32,000 bases of DNA, from positions 325,950-357,949 of the forward strand of contig NZ_CANLAG010000005.1 of NCBI RefSeq assembly GCF_947488715.1. The letters are read 5' to 3'. Within the stretch, counting starts at the first letter, position 1; every line of letters starts with the position of its first letter. The translations under genes and the position numbers were made by a program. Source of the stretch: an uncultured Tateyamaria sp. GTDB lineage: Bacteria; Pseudomonadota; Alphaproteobacteria; Rhodobacterales; Rhodobacteraceae. Shown piece after piece: positions 1-10,800 of this stretch. The notes under the pieces were generated by a model, which saw nothing but the letters and a program-made list of their open reading frames with translations, was not told the origin of the DNA and did not search any database.

Positions 1-996
1 ATGACCAAGAAACAGCACTCTCCCTTTGTCAGAGCGGTTCGAAGGCTCAGCCTGTCGCTGAGTTTCGTCATACTTGTCGTGCTCTTTTTGCTGGTCGTTC
101 TATGGCAGTCCATCGTCTACACCACGCCGGTTGGTCATCAGAGTGTCCTTTGGCATCGACTGGCCACGTCCGATGGCAGCAATTCGGTTGGCCCTCTGGG
201 CGAGGGGCTGCACCTGATCTGGCCATGGGACGAATTCTATACCTATGACCTGCGGCTACAGACGCATCACAACAATTATCAGGTGGTGTCCAATGACGGG
301 CTGCACTTCGATATTTCGCTGACATTCCGGTGGCGCCTGATCGGCGAAAACATCGTGTCACTGAACGACAACATCGGTCCCGAATACGTTGAAAAGGTTC
401 TGGTGCCTGAAATCGGATCGGTCACACGCGCCGTGATCGCACAATTCAATGCTGAAGCCTTGGTCACCGAGGGGCGGTCCGATGTGCAGTCCAAGATCTA
501 CGCGGGCGTCACGTCACCTGATCTGCCCAACGGTATTCTGGGGCGTCGGACGCCAGAGCCCGATGAACTGGGTCTGATCCTGTTGACGGATGTTCTGATC
601 CGCCGCGTGGCGCTGCCGACGCAGATCAAGCAGGCCATCGAGAACAAGCTGGAGCAGGCACAAGTTGTCGAGGAATACGCATTCCGGGTCCAGCGCGAAG
701 GGTTGGAAAAACAGCGCAAGGAGATTGAAGCCGAGGGCATCAGGAATTTCCAGAACACGATCGCGCCTGCAATTTCAGAGAGTTATCTGAAGTGGCGCGG
801 CATCGAAGCAACGCTGCGACTGGCCGAATCCGAGAACGCCAAGATTGTCATTTTCGGCAACAGCGATGATGGGCTGCCCGTCATTCTCGACATGGAAACC
901 CCGGATGATCCGCGGATGTTTGCACCGATTGAACCTCGTCCCGAACAGCCTGTGGATGAGGCCGCAACTGAGACGGAACCGAGCGACAAACCATAG
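1..996 (+). CDS. SPFH/Band 7 (prohibitin/HflK-HflC-like) membrane protein
   Basis: 331-aa ORF with one N-terminal hydrophobic helix (LSLSFVILVVLFLLVVLWQSIVY), Band-7-like TTPVGHQSVLWH...GEGLHLIWPW...VSNDGLHFDISLTFRWR, and a charged coiled-coil segment (KLEQAQVVEEYAFRVQREGLEKQRKEIEAEG). The ATG lies at base 1, so the true N-terminus cannot be verified. Confidence 0.85.
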   Translation: MTKKQHSPFVRAVRRLSLSLSFVILVVLFLLVVLWQSIVYTTPVGHQSVLWHRLATSDGSNSVGPLGEGLHLIWPWDEFYTYDLRLQTHHNNYQVVSNDGLHFDISLTFRWRLIGENIVSLNDNIGPEYVEKVLVPEIGSVTRAVIAQFNAEALVTEGRSDVQSKIYAGVTSPDLPNGILGRRTPEPDELGLILLTDVLIRRVALPTQIKQAIENKLEQAQVVEEYAFRVQREGLEKQRKEIEAEGIRNFQNTIAPAISESYLKWRGIEATLRLAESENAKIVIFGNSDDGLPVILDMETPDDPRMFAPIEPRPEQPVDEAATETEPSDKP

Positions 997-1011
997 AACC
1001 AGATTGGACGT

Positions 1012-4000
1012 GTGATGGGTGGGCACAAATCGTCAATTGCGAACGGATCAACGGATGCCGTGGTGTCGCGCGTGTTTGGCATTGCGGGCATTGTCGACTG
1101 TGATGTGACGGATGTGCCTGTGTCTGCGGGGGCGCTGCGCGTTCTGCGCGTTATGGGGCCAGGCGCGGTTGCGTTGGCCAAGTCGCCGCCTGAGGGTTTG
1201 TTGCGCCGGGATGGCGGAGAGGTTGACCTTATCTTGCCAGTCACGGATGTGCGCGATCCTTTGCCCGAGGATATGGCTCTGTGGACGGATGCGGCGCAAA
1301 ATGATGCTCTGCGCGATTTGCAAACGGCGACAGGTGCGCGGGATGTCGCGCTGACGCTGGACTGGGATGCGGCACCTGTTGCGCGCATGCGCGTTGGGGT
1401 GGCTTCTAAACCCGATGCGCCACAACCGCCGTCGGACCGCGCCGCATTCGGGCGTAAGTTGTCTGATGTGCCTGCGCTCATCGAAGGTGCGCCTTACATC
1501 GCGCCAGATGATCATCCTCGGACTTTGGCGGATGCTGTGCATCGCCTTACCGCGTCGACCAAAGAGATTGTCGCATACCGGCCTGACGGTCGGGTCCATC
1601 GGGTCACCTACGCCACGCTTGTGGATCAGGCGCGCCGGGTTCAGGCGGGATTGGCGGCTGCGGGGCTGGGCAAGGGCGACATCGTTCTGTGTGACGTCAC
1701 GGACGCCATTCAAAGCACGGCAATCGTCTGGGGCGCGACCCTCGGCGGCGTTGTGCCTGCGCTGATTTCAGTCCCTGAGGATCATGGTGACGGGCAGGCA
1801 GAAGCCTTTGGACGTATCGAAGCGGCCGCGCAGGTTTTGGGGCATCCGCCGATCATCCTTGACCAGGCGCAGATGTGCGATGAGCTGCGCGGGTTTAAGG
1901 TGCTCGATGCCACAGGCTTGGTGCAACATCCTACCGCCGCTGACCAACCCGTCGAAATTGACCCGGAAGACGACGCCGTCGTGTTGTTGACGTCGGGCAG
2001 CACGGGCGTGCCCAAAGGCGTGGTGCAATCCCATCGCGCCACCTTGGCAATGGTCGGGGCCGCCTTGCACCGTGGCGCGGGGATCGAAGCATCGCATACC
2101 GTGTTCAACTGGATGCCACGCGACCACGTGGGATCATATATGATTGCCACCATGGGTGCCTGCGTCCTGGGCGCTTCGCAGGTGCACGCCGATACCGGTT
2201 GGATCCTCGCCGATCCGACCCGTTGGCTTGATGCAATGTCTGAACACCACGCCGGGCTGACGTGGTCGCCGAATTTCTCCTTTGCCTTGATCACGCGTGC
2301 GGCGCTGGAACACCCCAAAGGCTGGGATCTTTCGGGATTGAAGGCCATTTTCAATGGCGGGGAAACCGTCACTGAGGACGTGCTGGACGCGTTCATAGAC
2401 GCCATGAAACCCTTTGGTGTGTCAGGCTCCGGGGTCATGATCCCGTCGCTCGGCATGTCCGAGACGTGCTCTGCCGTGACACTGGGACGACTGGGGCGGG
2501 CCCATGGCCCATTCACGAGCCTTGGTGGTGCTGTGCCTGGCACGCAGTTGCGCGCGGTTGATCCTGAGGATGGCGTTTTGCGCGAGGGCGAGATTGGGCG
2601 CGTCCAAGTCGCAGGCCCCCAACTGATGAGCCGTTATCACGGGCTGGATACGGCCGCGATTTCGCCGGACGGGTGGTATGACACGGGCGATCTGGGCTTT
2701 ATCGCCGACGGTGGGCTGTATCTCACCGGACGTCTCAAGGACACGGTCAACGTCAACGGAGCGACGTATTTCGCGCATGAAATAGAACAGGCTTTGGGTG
2801 ATATTCCCGGTGTCGACGATGCGGCAACCGTTGTAACAGCGGTGGACCGGGCGAATGACGGCGAAGCATTGGCTGTGTTCTTTGCCCCTGCGGATGCCAG
2901 TGGGCGAGACAATGCAACAGTTCTGGCGCAATTGGCGGCCGTGCTGCGCGACAGGCTGGCGGCACGGTTGGCCCTGACCCCAGATCTTTTGATCCCCATA
3001 GACCCGGTGGACATCCCACGCACCAGCATCGGCAAGGTGGTGCGCCGTACCCTTCAGGACCGGGTCCGCGCCGGTGACTTTGATCGCCGTATCGCGCTGT
3101 TGGAACACGCGGCAGGCGCTACAGGCGTTGTGCCTTGCGCCGTCCACCGCAAAGTCTGGGTGCCATTCGCTTCTACTCCGTCATGCACCGCACCAAACTA
3201 CCCAGCCTTAGTGTTCTGCGATGACCCGGCCGAAGCGGGTTTTCTGAGTGACATGCCAACGTCTTACATCGCGCCGCCGGACGGCGTGTGGCCCCAGCAA
3301 GATGTGCGCGGGGGTATGGTCATGTTCATTGCGCCGCGGCGCAATGCCCACGCTGCGTTAGTGCGGATTGCTGACCAGATTGCGAACCTGTCGCCAAATC
3401 ATCGGCCCGCGCATGTTTTGGTCGTGACGCAGGGCGCGGTTTGTGTGGACCCGTCGGATGCCACCCAGCCGGAACACGCTCTATTACCGGGTCTTGTGCA
3501 ATCGCTCGGCGTTCTTGCGCCCGACGTGCATTGGTCCTTGGCAGACATAAACAGGACGGACCGCGCTGGTCAGTCGACCGCCATTTCTGCGTCACGCGTG
3601 TGTCTGTCTGCCTTTCGGAACGGCTCTTGGGTCACGCCAAAATGGCAACGCGAGAGCCTAGGCACACAACCACCGAAACCGGGCCCGTGGTTGGTCACGG
3701 GTGGTTTGGGCGGTATTGGCCGTCAGGTCTGCGCAGACCTACAAAGCTGCGGTGCCGAACTGATCATCGTCGGACGTACGCCGGAAATCGGGCTGGACGA
3801 GACGCGATCGCAAGCATTGGCGAATTTCCGGGCATCAGGCCGGGTGCAATACGTGTCCTGCGATCTGGCAAAGGGGACCTTGGCCGACGTCTTGCCAAAG
3901 ATCGAAGCCATTTTGGACCGCACTATCGCGGGTGTCATCCACTTGGCGGCATGTGTGCCGGATGAACAGGCGCCTCACGCCGTGGCTGGTGACTGGGACG

Positions 4001-4881
4001 CAGCCCAAGCCGCCTTGTCGGCTGTGTTTGCGTTGGGCATAGATCGACCAGACCTTCGGGTCGTGACGGTTGGGTCGATTGTCGGCCAGGTGGGCGGTCG
4101 GCTGCAGGCCTATGCGGCCCTGAATGCTGCGCTTGCAGAGGCATCCTTGGCCGCAGGCGGCGTGCACCACGTCCGGCTGGACCTTTCGTGTTGGGAAAAT
4201 CGCGGCATGAGTGCGGGTCGGACCAGCGCGTCGTTGCTTCACGCGGATGGTTTGCTGCCGTTGCGTGATGCGACTGGCGTTGCGCTGATGCGGCATGCCA
4301 TGTGCGCGCCCAGTGGCCATTTGATCGGCGGAATGGATGTGCGCCACCCTCGGCACGGTTGGCTGGAAGAAGCGGAAACCGCGCGGCCCGTTCTGGCACC
4401 GACCGCGTGGGTCGGCGGCAATACGTCCGCAGGTGCCGTGTCTTTGCGTGATGCACGCGGGGCGGATCATCTTGTTCCCCTGCATGTCCGCGAGACGCTG
4501 CCAAAAACCGCAAGCGGCGCGGTTGATCAGGCACAGCTGTTAGCCGGGTCGGCTGAACTGGACGACGCGGCGGATGACCCCGTGGCGCAGGTGGTGGCAC
4601 TGGCCATGGCCGACACGCTCGACTTGGATCAAGCCTCTGTTTCGGCGGACTTCTTTGCCCTTGGTGGCACATCATTGTTGGCCGCACGTCTTGCGCAACA
4701 GTTGGCCGAACTGTTCTTTGTTGATCTGAGCATCGCGCATGTGTTCCGCGCGCCGCGCCCAGCACAACTGGCCAAAACCTTGCGCCGTCGTGAGGCAGAG
4801 CCGGGGCTCGTTGACGCCGCTGCCGGTGAAATTCTCAATGCCGTAAGCGCACCGGAAACCCAGACCGAGCCCGCGGAATGA
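1012..4881 (+). CDS. Loading-type synthetase: adenylation/acyl-ligase - KR - carrier protein, no KS
   Basis: 1289-aa ORF, GTG start at 1012 or ATG at 1015. LLTSGSTGVPKG, GMSET, DTGDLGF and IPRTSIGKVVRRTL are AMP-binding motifs; WLVTGGLGGIGRQV plus VGSIVGQ...AYAALN indicate an SDR-type KR; FFALGGTSLLAARL is a carrier site. Confidence 0.88.
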   Translation: MMGGHKSSIANGSTDAVVSRVFGIAGIVDCDVTDVPVSAGALRVLRVMGPGAVALAKSPPEGLLRRDGGEVDLILPVTDVRDPLPEDMALWTDAAQNDALRDLQTATGARDVALTLDWDAAPVARMRVGVASKPDAPQPPSDRAAFGRKLSDVPALIEGAPYIAPDDHPRTLADAVHRLTASTKEIVAYRPDGRVHRVTYATLVDQARRVQAGLAAAGLGKGDIVLCDVTDAIQSTAIVWGATLGGVVPALISVPEDHGDGQAEAFGRIEAAAQVLGHPPIILDQAQMCDELRGFKVLDATGLVQHPTAADQPVEIDPEDDAVVLLTSGSTGVPKGVVQSHRATLAMVGAALHRGAGIEASHTVFNWMPRDHVGSYMIATMGACVLGASQVHADTGWILADPTRWLDAMSEHHAGLTWSPNFSFALITRAALEHPKGWDLSGLKAIFNGGETVTEDVLDAFIDAMKPFGVSGSGVMIPSLGMSETCSAVTLGRLGRAHGPFTSLGGAVPGTQLRAVDPEDGVLREGEIGRVQVAGPQLMSRYHGLDTAAISPDGWYDTGDLGFIADGGLYLTGRLKDTVNVNGATYFAHEIEQALGDIPGVDDAATVVTAVDRANDGEALAVFFAPADASGRDNATVLAQLAAVLRDRLAARLALTPDLLIPIDPVDIPRTSIGKVVRRTLQDRVRAGDFDRRIALLEHAAGATGVVPCAVHRKVWVPFASTPSCTAPNYPALVFCDDPAEAGFLSDMPTSYIAPPDGVWPQQDVRGGMVMFIAPRRNAHAALVRIADQIANLSPNHRPAHVLVVTQGAVCVDPSDATQPEHALLPGLVQSLGVLAPDVHWSLADINRTDRAGQSTAISASRVCLSAFRNGSWVTPKWQRESLGTQPPKPGPWLVTGGLGGIGRQVCADLQSCGAELIIVGRTPEIGLDETRSQALANFRASGRVQYVSCDLAKGTLADVLPKIEAILDRTIAGVIHLAACVPDEQAPHAVAGDWDAAQAALSAVFALGIDRPDLRVVTVGSIVGQVGGRLQAYAALNAALAEASLAAGGVHHVRLDLSCWENRGMSAGRTSASLLHADGLLPLRDATGVALMRHAMCAPSGHLIGGMDVRHPRHGWLEEAETARPVLAPTAWVGGNTSAGAVSLRDARGADHLVPLHVRETLPKTASGAVDQAQLLAGSAELDDAADDPVAQVVALAMADTLDLDQASVSADFFALGGTSLLAARLAQQLAELFFVDLSIAHVFRAPRPAQLAKTLRRREAEPGLVDAAAGEILNAVSAPETQTEPAE
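1500..3060 (+). other. Adenylation / FAAL-like acyl ligase domain (loading)
   Basis: VVLLTSGSTGVPKGVVQSH at about 1978; FNWMPRDHVGSYMIATMGACVLGASQVHA...ILADPTRWLDAMSEHHAGLTWSPNFSFAL resembles the acyl-ligase/FAAL-like loading family rather than a canonical amino-acid A domain. Approximate boundaries. Confidence 0.8.
3680..4270 (+). other. Ketoreductase (SDR) domain without KS/AT partner
   Basis: TGGLGGIG dinucleotide-binding motif; catalytic-like Ser in VGSIVG, and Tyr and Asn in AYAALN (Y-x3-N) retained. Confidence 0.8.
4570..4795 (+). other. Carrier protein (T) domain
   Basis: DFFALGGTSLLAARL phosphopantetheine attachment motif. Confidence 0.85.
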
Positions 4882-7800
4882 GCAAGCTGGGGATCATAGA
4901 CCGCACCGCATTGGCAAAGCGTTTGACACAACGCGGCTTTGGTTCAGCCCAAGACGAACCGCGTGAGCCGAGCGTTCCGCAAGACGCCACACCAACTGCC
5001 AACATGGCAGAGAAACGGTTCTGGACGCAGGAGCAGATGGACCCGACCCCGGGCTTGAACGCCTTGGGTGTTTGGCTGGATTTGAAGGTCCCGGTGACCC
5101 GGGCGGCGTTTGTTGCGGCATTGACCAAGGTGGTGCAGCGTCACGACGCCTTGCGTACCAAGTACACGGACCGCGATGGCGCGTTGCACCTTGATGTGGT
5201 GGACGATCTGCCACTGCCGCTCGGTGCGCCTTTGGGCGACACCGCGCCTGATGCCGTCCGTCAGGCTCTGTTCGACATGGGTTTGATCATGGCCCAGGAC
5301 ACGCCGTGGCAGGTTCGGCTGGCGGTGACGGGCCGGAATGGCACAGATGAAGTCGTCAATGGCGTCTTGATCGGCGTGCATCACGCCATCATGGACTGGG
5401 GCGGTTTGGCCGTCTTTGTGCAAGAACTCGATCAGGCGCTGGATGGTGCGGAAACACCGGCGTCGCCTGTGCATCCTCAGGGATTTGAACATAAATTTCA
5501 AAGGTCTCGAGCCGCCCATCGTGCCGAAGCCGAGGCCTACTGGCAGGCGCGCCTAGATGGGTGCCCCGCCGTTTTGTCCATCCCCGCAGCGCAAAGCGGG
5601 TCCGAACCGGCCCCCGGCTATCACACAAGAACCTTAACACTGGGCGCCGAACAGTCGCAGCGTCTGCGTGCACGGGCTGCGGCACTTGGTGCGACACCGT
5701 TTTCTCTTTTGCTGTCCGCCTATGGCTTGGTGCTGACCGGACTGTCCAGCACGCCAGAGGTGGTTTTCGGCACTGCCGTGTCGCATCGTGACCAACAAGG
5801 CGGAGAGTGCATCATCGCATGCCTGTCAGACCTCGTGCCGTTGCGGCTGGCCCTGGACAGTTCCGACACGGTGGACAGCACACTGCGCGGCGTTCACGGC
5901 CAGATGGCGCAGGATATCGAGCACGCGCATCTAGGCTTTGCCGACATTGTTGCCGCATCGGGTGTGGCGCGTCACCGGGACAAGGCCCCGCTGGTACAGG
6001 CGATATTCAATCTCTTGGAGCCTATGCCCGAGGGCCAGCACCTGACGGCGCAACCGGTTTACAGTCAGGTTGCCCGCGCGGACATCGCTTTGGACGCCCA
6101 AGATCACGGTGACCTTTCGCTGCGCCTTGAGTTGCGCGCCGCAATGTTCACGCCTGCGCTGGCGGACCAAATTGCGCGGTGTTTGGACAGTGCGGTTGCG
6201 CATGTTCTGGCGGATGGGTCGCAGCCGCTTGGTGCCGTTGCTTGGCCTGTGGCCCCACCTGACATACAGCCATCTCTGGCCCCGCCAAAGACCCATTTGG
6301 GGGAATGGTTGTTTGACCGCATGGCGGCGCAGCCGGGGCAAACCGTAAAGGACGGTGACCAAGTCACAACATTTGCGGAGATCTGCAAAAGTGCGGAGGC
6401 TTTGGCGGCGGCGCTGATCGATGCAGGCGTCGCACCGGGCGACGCAGTTGCCGTGCATCTGCCGCGCGGGATTGCCCAAGTGACAGCCACGCTTGCCTGT
6501 TTGCGTGCGGGTGGGGTCTTGGTGCTGATTGACCCCGATCACCCGGTTCAACGACGTGCAGATGTTGTCGCTCAGTCGCAGGCCCGTGTGATGATTGGCG
6601 AAGGCATCGATGCTGATCTGACATCGCTGGTCGATGTGATGGTTGCGCCCACTGCCAAGGGGGCAGGCGCATGTCCAACTGTGTGGCCGCACCGGGACCC
6701 GCAAGACATCGCGTACATCGTGTTCACCTCCGGTTCGACCGGGCGACCCAAGGGGGCATGCGGGACCCATCAGGGCCTGTTGAACCGTCTGATCTGGATG
6801 GAGGGCGCGTATCCCTGGGCATCGGACGACGTGGCGTGCCTCAAAACCTCTGCGGCTTTTGTCGATGCGCTGACCGAGATGCTCGGACCGTTGGCGGCGG
6901 GTGTCGCCAGTGTTGTTGCGGGGGCGGATGTGGCAAAGGATCCGCATGCCCTGGCGCAGTTCATTGGCACAAATCACGTGACGCGGATTGTTGCAGTGCC
7001 AAGCCTGATTTCGGTTTGGACAGATCATGTGCCGGGTATTGCGACCTTTTTGTCCCCATTGCGGTTGTGTGTGTCGAGCGGAGAGCCGTTGACCGCGCGG
7101 GTTCTGCGCAAAATGGCAGAGATCGCGCCGAAATGCCGGGTGCTGAACCTCTATGGCGCATCCGAGATGTCGGGGGATGTGACGCATCACTTGCCCACAG
7201 GGACAAGTGACGTGATCCCCATTGGACGCGCGATGCCGGGCAATCGTCTGGCTGTTGTCGACCCGAATGGACATACTTTGCCCACTGGGTTCCCCGGCGA
7301 ATTGGTCGTGTCGGGCGTTGCTTTGGCGGACGGGTATCGTGGCGCGACCGCGGCGGACCAGGCACGGTTTGCTCCCATGGCCGTCTTTGATGGCGCTGTG
7401 GGCTATTCCACTGGGGACCGCGCTTATCTGGATGGGTCGGGTGACGTGGTCTTGCTGGGCCGCAAGGATGATCAGGTCAAGATTGACGGCGTCCGGGTTG
7501 AATTGGCAGAGGTGGCACGGGTGATCGAACATGCGCCCGGTGTGGCGCAATGCGTGGTGCTGGCCGCTGGAGCCGAGGGCGGCTCACCCCACTTGACCGC
7601 CTTTGTGACTTTGGCGGATGCAGCAACAGACACGCCTAACGAGGGTGCGCTGCGTCAGTTTGCACGGGCACGTTTGCTTGGGTCGGTTGTTCCTGGGCGT
7701 ATCCTTGTCCTCGAAACGATGCCGACGGGTCCTACGGGCAAAATCGACCGCCGGGCACTTGAGGCCAATGCAGCGCAGCGCGGTGCAGAAATTGCGTCAG

Positions 7801-10800
7801 AACCGTCCGAGCATACCGCGCAATCACAGCAGATTGCTGAGATATGGGCGGATGTTCTGGATGTCGCTTTGCCCACACCTGAGGCGGATTTTTTCGCATT
7901 GGGTGGCACGTCCTTGCGCGCGGTTGTCGTCATGTCGCGCCTGAGTGCGGCCATTGGTCGATATCTTGAGCCGGGCTTGATCTTTGATCACCCGACCCCT
8001 GCGGCGCTGGCCGATGCCGTGATACAGGGCGAGACGGCGCAAGGTGACGGACCGCCTTTGCCGGCGGTGACAGTCCGCGCCCCTGCGGAACGCAGTCCTA
8101 TGACGGCCAATCAGGCGTGGTTGTGGCGCCTGCATCGGGATGCACCGCAAAGCACAGCTTACAATCTGGCTGCCGGATATCGGCTGGGTGCTCATGTGGA
8201 TTTGGACGCATTGGCTGATGCTGTGGCCGCTGTGTTTGAGCGGCACACCAGCCTGCGCACCCGTGTCCACACAGAAGGAGCGGAGGCCTGGACGCAGTGC
8301 GCATCTTCCCCCGAACCCGACTGCGCTTTGATCCGCGAAAGCGATGACGAGACGCCGGATGAGGCGCTGATACAGCGCGCGGCCACACGGCCCTTTGACC
8401 TGCAACAAGAGAACCCGGCCCGGTTTGCGATCTATCCACGGAAGGCGGGGTATCTGCTGGTCATCTCGGTGCATCACATGGCAAGCGATGGGTGGTCCGC
8501 ACAGGTGATCGTGGATGATCTGTCCCGATGCTACGCACAAAAGGTCGCGGGCCGCGACATCGCAGACGCGCCGGTCCCGCAGTCGTCGGATGTCGCGCAT
8601 TGGCAAAACGAAGCACGCCCCGCCCTGCGCGACACACTTGATGCGTATGTTGCAGGCTTGGCAGAGGCCGCGGGACCGACGCTGGCCCCGGCGAACCCAA
8701 TGGCACCACGCGGAGGACTCGCCGAACGCGTGACCGTGAAACTGGATGCCGCAACGCTTGGCGATTTGGTGGCACAAGGTCCAATTGGAACAACCACCCT
8801 TGGCGTTTTGTGTGCAGCGTGGGCGCTCGTCTTACGTGGCTTTGGTACGGATACCCCTTTGCTGATGGGCATTCCACGGGCCGGGCGCAGCGCACCTGGG
8901 CTGGAAAAGGCCGTGGGCTTTTTCGCAAACACGGTTCTGATGCCGCTTGACCCTGATCCGGCTGAGCCTTGGTCATCTGTATTGCAACAAACTCAGGACA
9001 AGCTGCGGGCGACCGCCCCCTGCGACATGATCCCCTTGGCGTGGGTGCAGGATGCCGGTGCAGGCTGGCGTGCTGATACGTCTGAGATCCGCACATTGGT
9101 GGTGCCCGAAGACGGATTTGATTGGAAATTGGATCTGCCTGGTGCCGACGTGCAATGGGCCGGACAGTCGCGCCCGACAGAAGCACGAGCAGACGTCGCG
9201 GTGGTGCTGACCCGTGCGGGTGCTGGACTGAGCGTCGAAATCGAATATGACACCGGACGCATTTCGGCGATGTTTGGGCAGAGCTTGGCGAATGCGCTGG
9301 CCTGCATTCTGAAGGGTGCGGCGCGCAATCCGCGAGCCGGTGGCGCACCTTTGACCGAGGACGAGACCACACCCGCGACGCTCCAGAATGACACTGAAAG
9401 TTCCGCTTTCACGGGGCAACGCATAGATGCACAGCTGGCGGATTGGGCGCATGCCGCACCTGATGCAGTGGCTGCCGTGGGTCCAGAGGGAGCCATCACC
9501 GCCGCTGAATTGGAAGCGCGTGTTGCGACTTATGCGACACGGCTGTCTGCGGCGGGTCTCAGTTGTGACATGGCCGCCGCAGTTGATTGCCAACGCGGGC
9601 TGTCGTGGTTGGTCGCCATTCTGTCGATCTGGCGCGTTGGCGCACGGGTCGTCATTCTGGACCCCGCATGGCCGCATGCGCAACGCGCAGACATTTGCGA
9701 CGATGCCAACGTCGCCATGGTTCTGGACGCAGGCACAGTGTCCTTCACAGCCCCATTTCCAACTGCAAAGGGCCAAGCCCTGCGAGGATTGGCGGACATC
9801 GCGGCGCTGACGTACACGTCTGGCACAACCGGGCGACCCAAGGGCGTTGCCTTGGCCCATGACGCATTATTGCGCTTGGGTGATGCACTGCGAACTGCGC
9901 TGGATGTACGACCGGGCGACCGTATCTTGCAGGCCGCAGCCCCTGCATTTGACGTCGCATTGTCGGATATCGCGATGGCGTTGACAGCCCGCGCGGCTTT
10001 GGTTGTTTTGCCGCAGGACGATGTATTGGCCGGACGAAACCTGACCAATGCGCTCGAACGCGAGCAGATCACGCATATGCAGGTGGCAGCCACTGTGCTG
10101 AGCAACACCGCTGCACAACCCTTGCCGCACCTCCGGGCGGTTGCCGTCGGGGGAGAGCCTTGTCCACCTGCCACACTCGATGCGTGGTCCAAAGGGCGGG
10201 CGCTCTTTGTTGCCTATGGACCCGCCGAAGCAACGGTAACGGCGACGGTTATCCGGTATGATGCACAGATGCCTCAGGCTGCCTTGGGTTTCCCCATTGC
10301 GGGCAACAACCTCGCCGTTCTGGACCGCTTTGATCAACCGCTGCCGCCCGGTGCGGTTGGTGATATTGTGATCGGCGGGCGCCAGATCGCGCGCTATCTG
10401 GGCCATGCTGCAGCTGGCGCGAATGGGTTCGGCACCACGGATGTATTTGGAGAAACGCAGCCCGCGCTGCGCACGGGTGATCGCGGGTGGATGACGGCGG
10501 ACGGTTGCCTGGTGTTTGCAGGCCGCACCGACCGTCAGCTCAAGATACGGGGCACGCGCGTAGAACCACGCGCTATCGAAGTTGCGCTGGATGCCCACCC
10601 GGAAGTGCAACGCGCTTTGGTCGGCCATACCGGCGATGGGCCAGAGCGGATGTTGGTCGCTTGGGTTACGCTGCGCAGCGGGATCATTGACGCCAAATCC
10701 GAGGCGGTGCTGCGCGACTGGCTGTCTGCGCGTTTGCCCAAGGCGTCGGTGCCGTCGCGGATTGCCGTGTTGGAGGCCTGGCCGCTGACGCCAAACGGCA

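Noticed and set aside
5931-7550. 539-aa - strand ORF antisense to C1/A1
   Set aside because: Shadow ORF across strongly supported NRPS domains; no plausible product.
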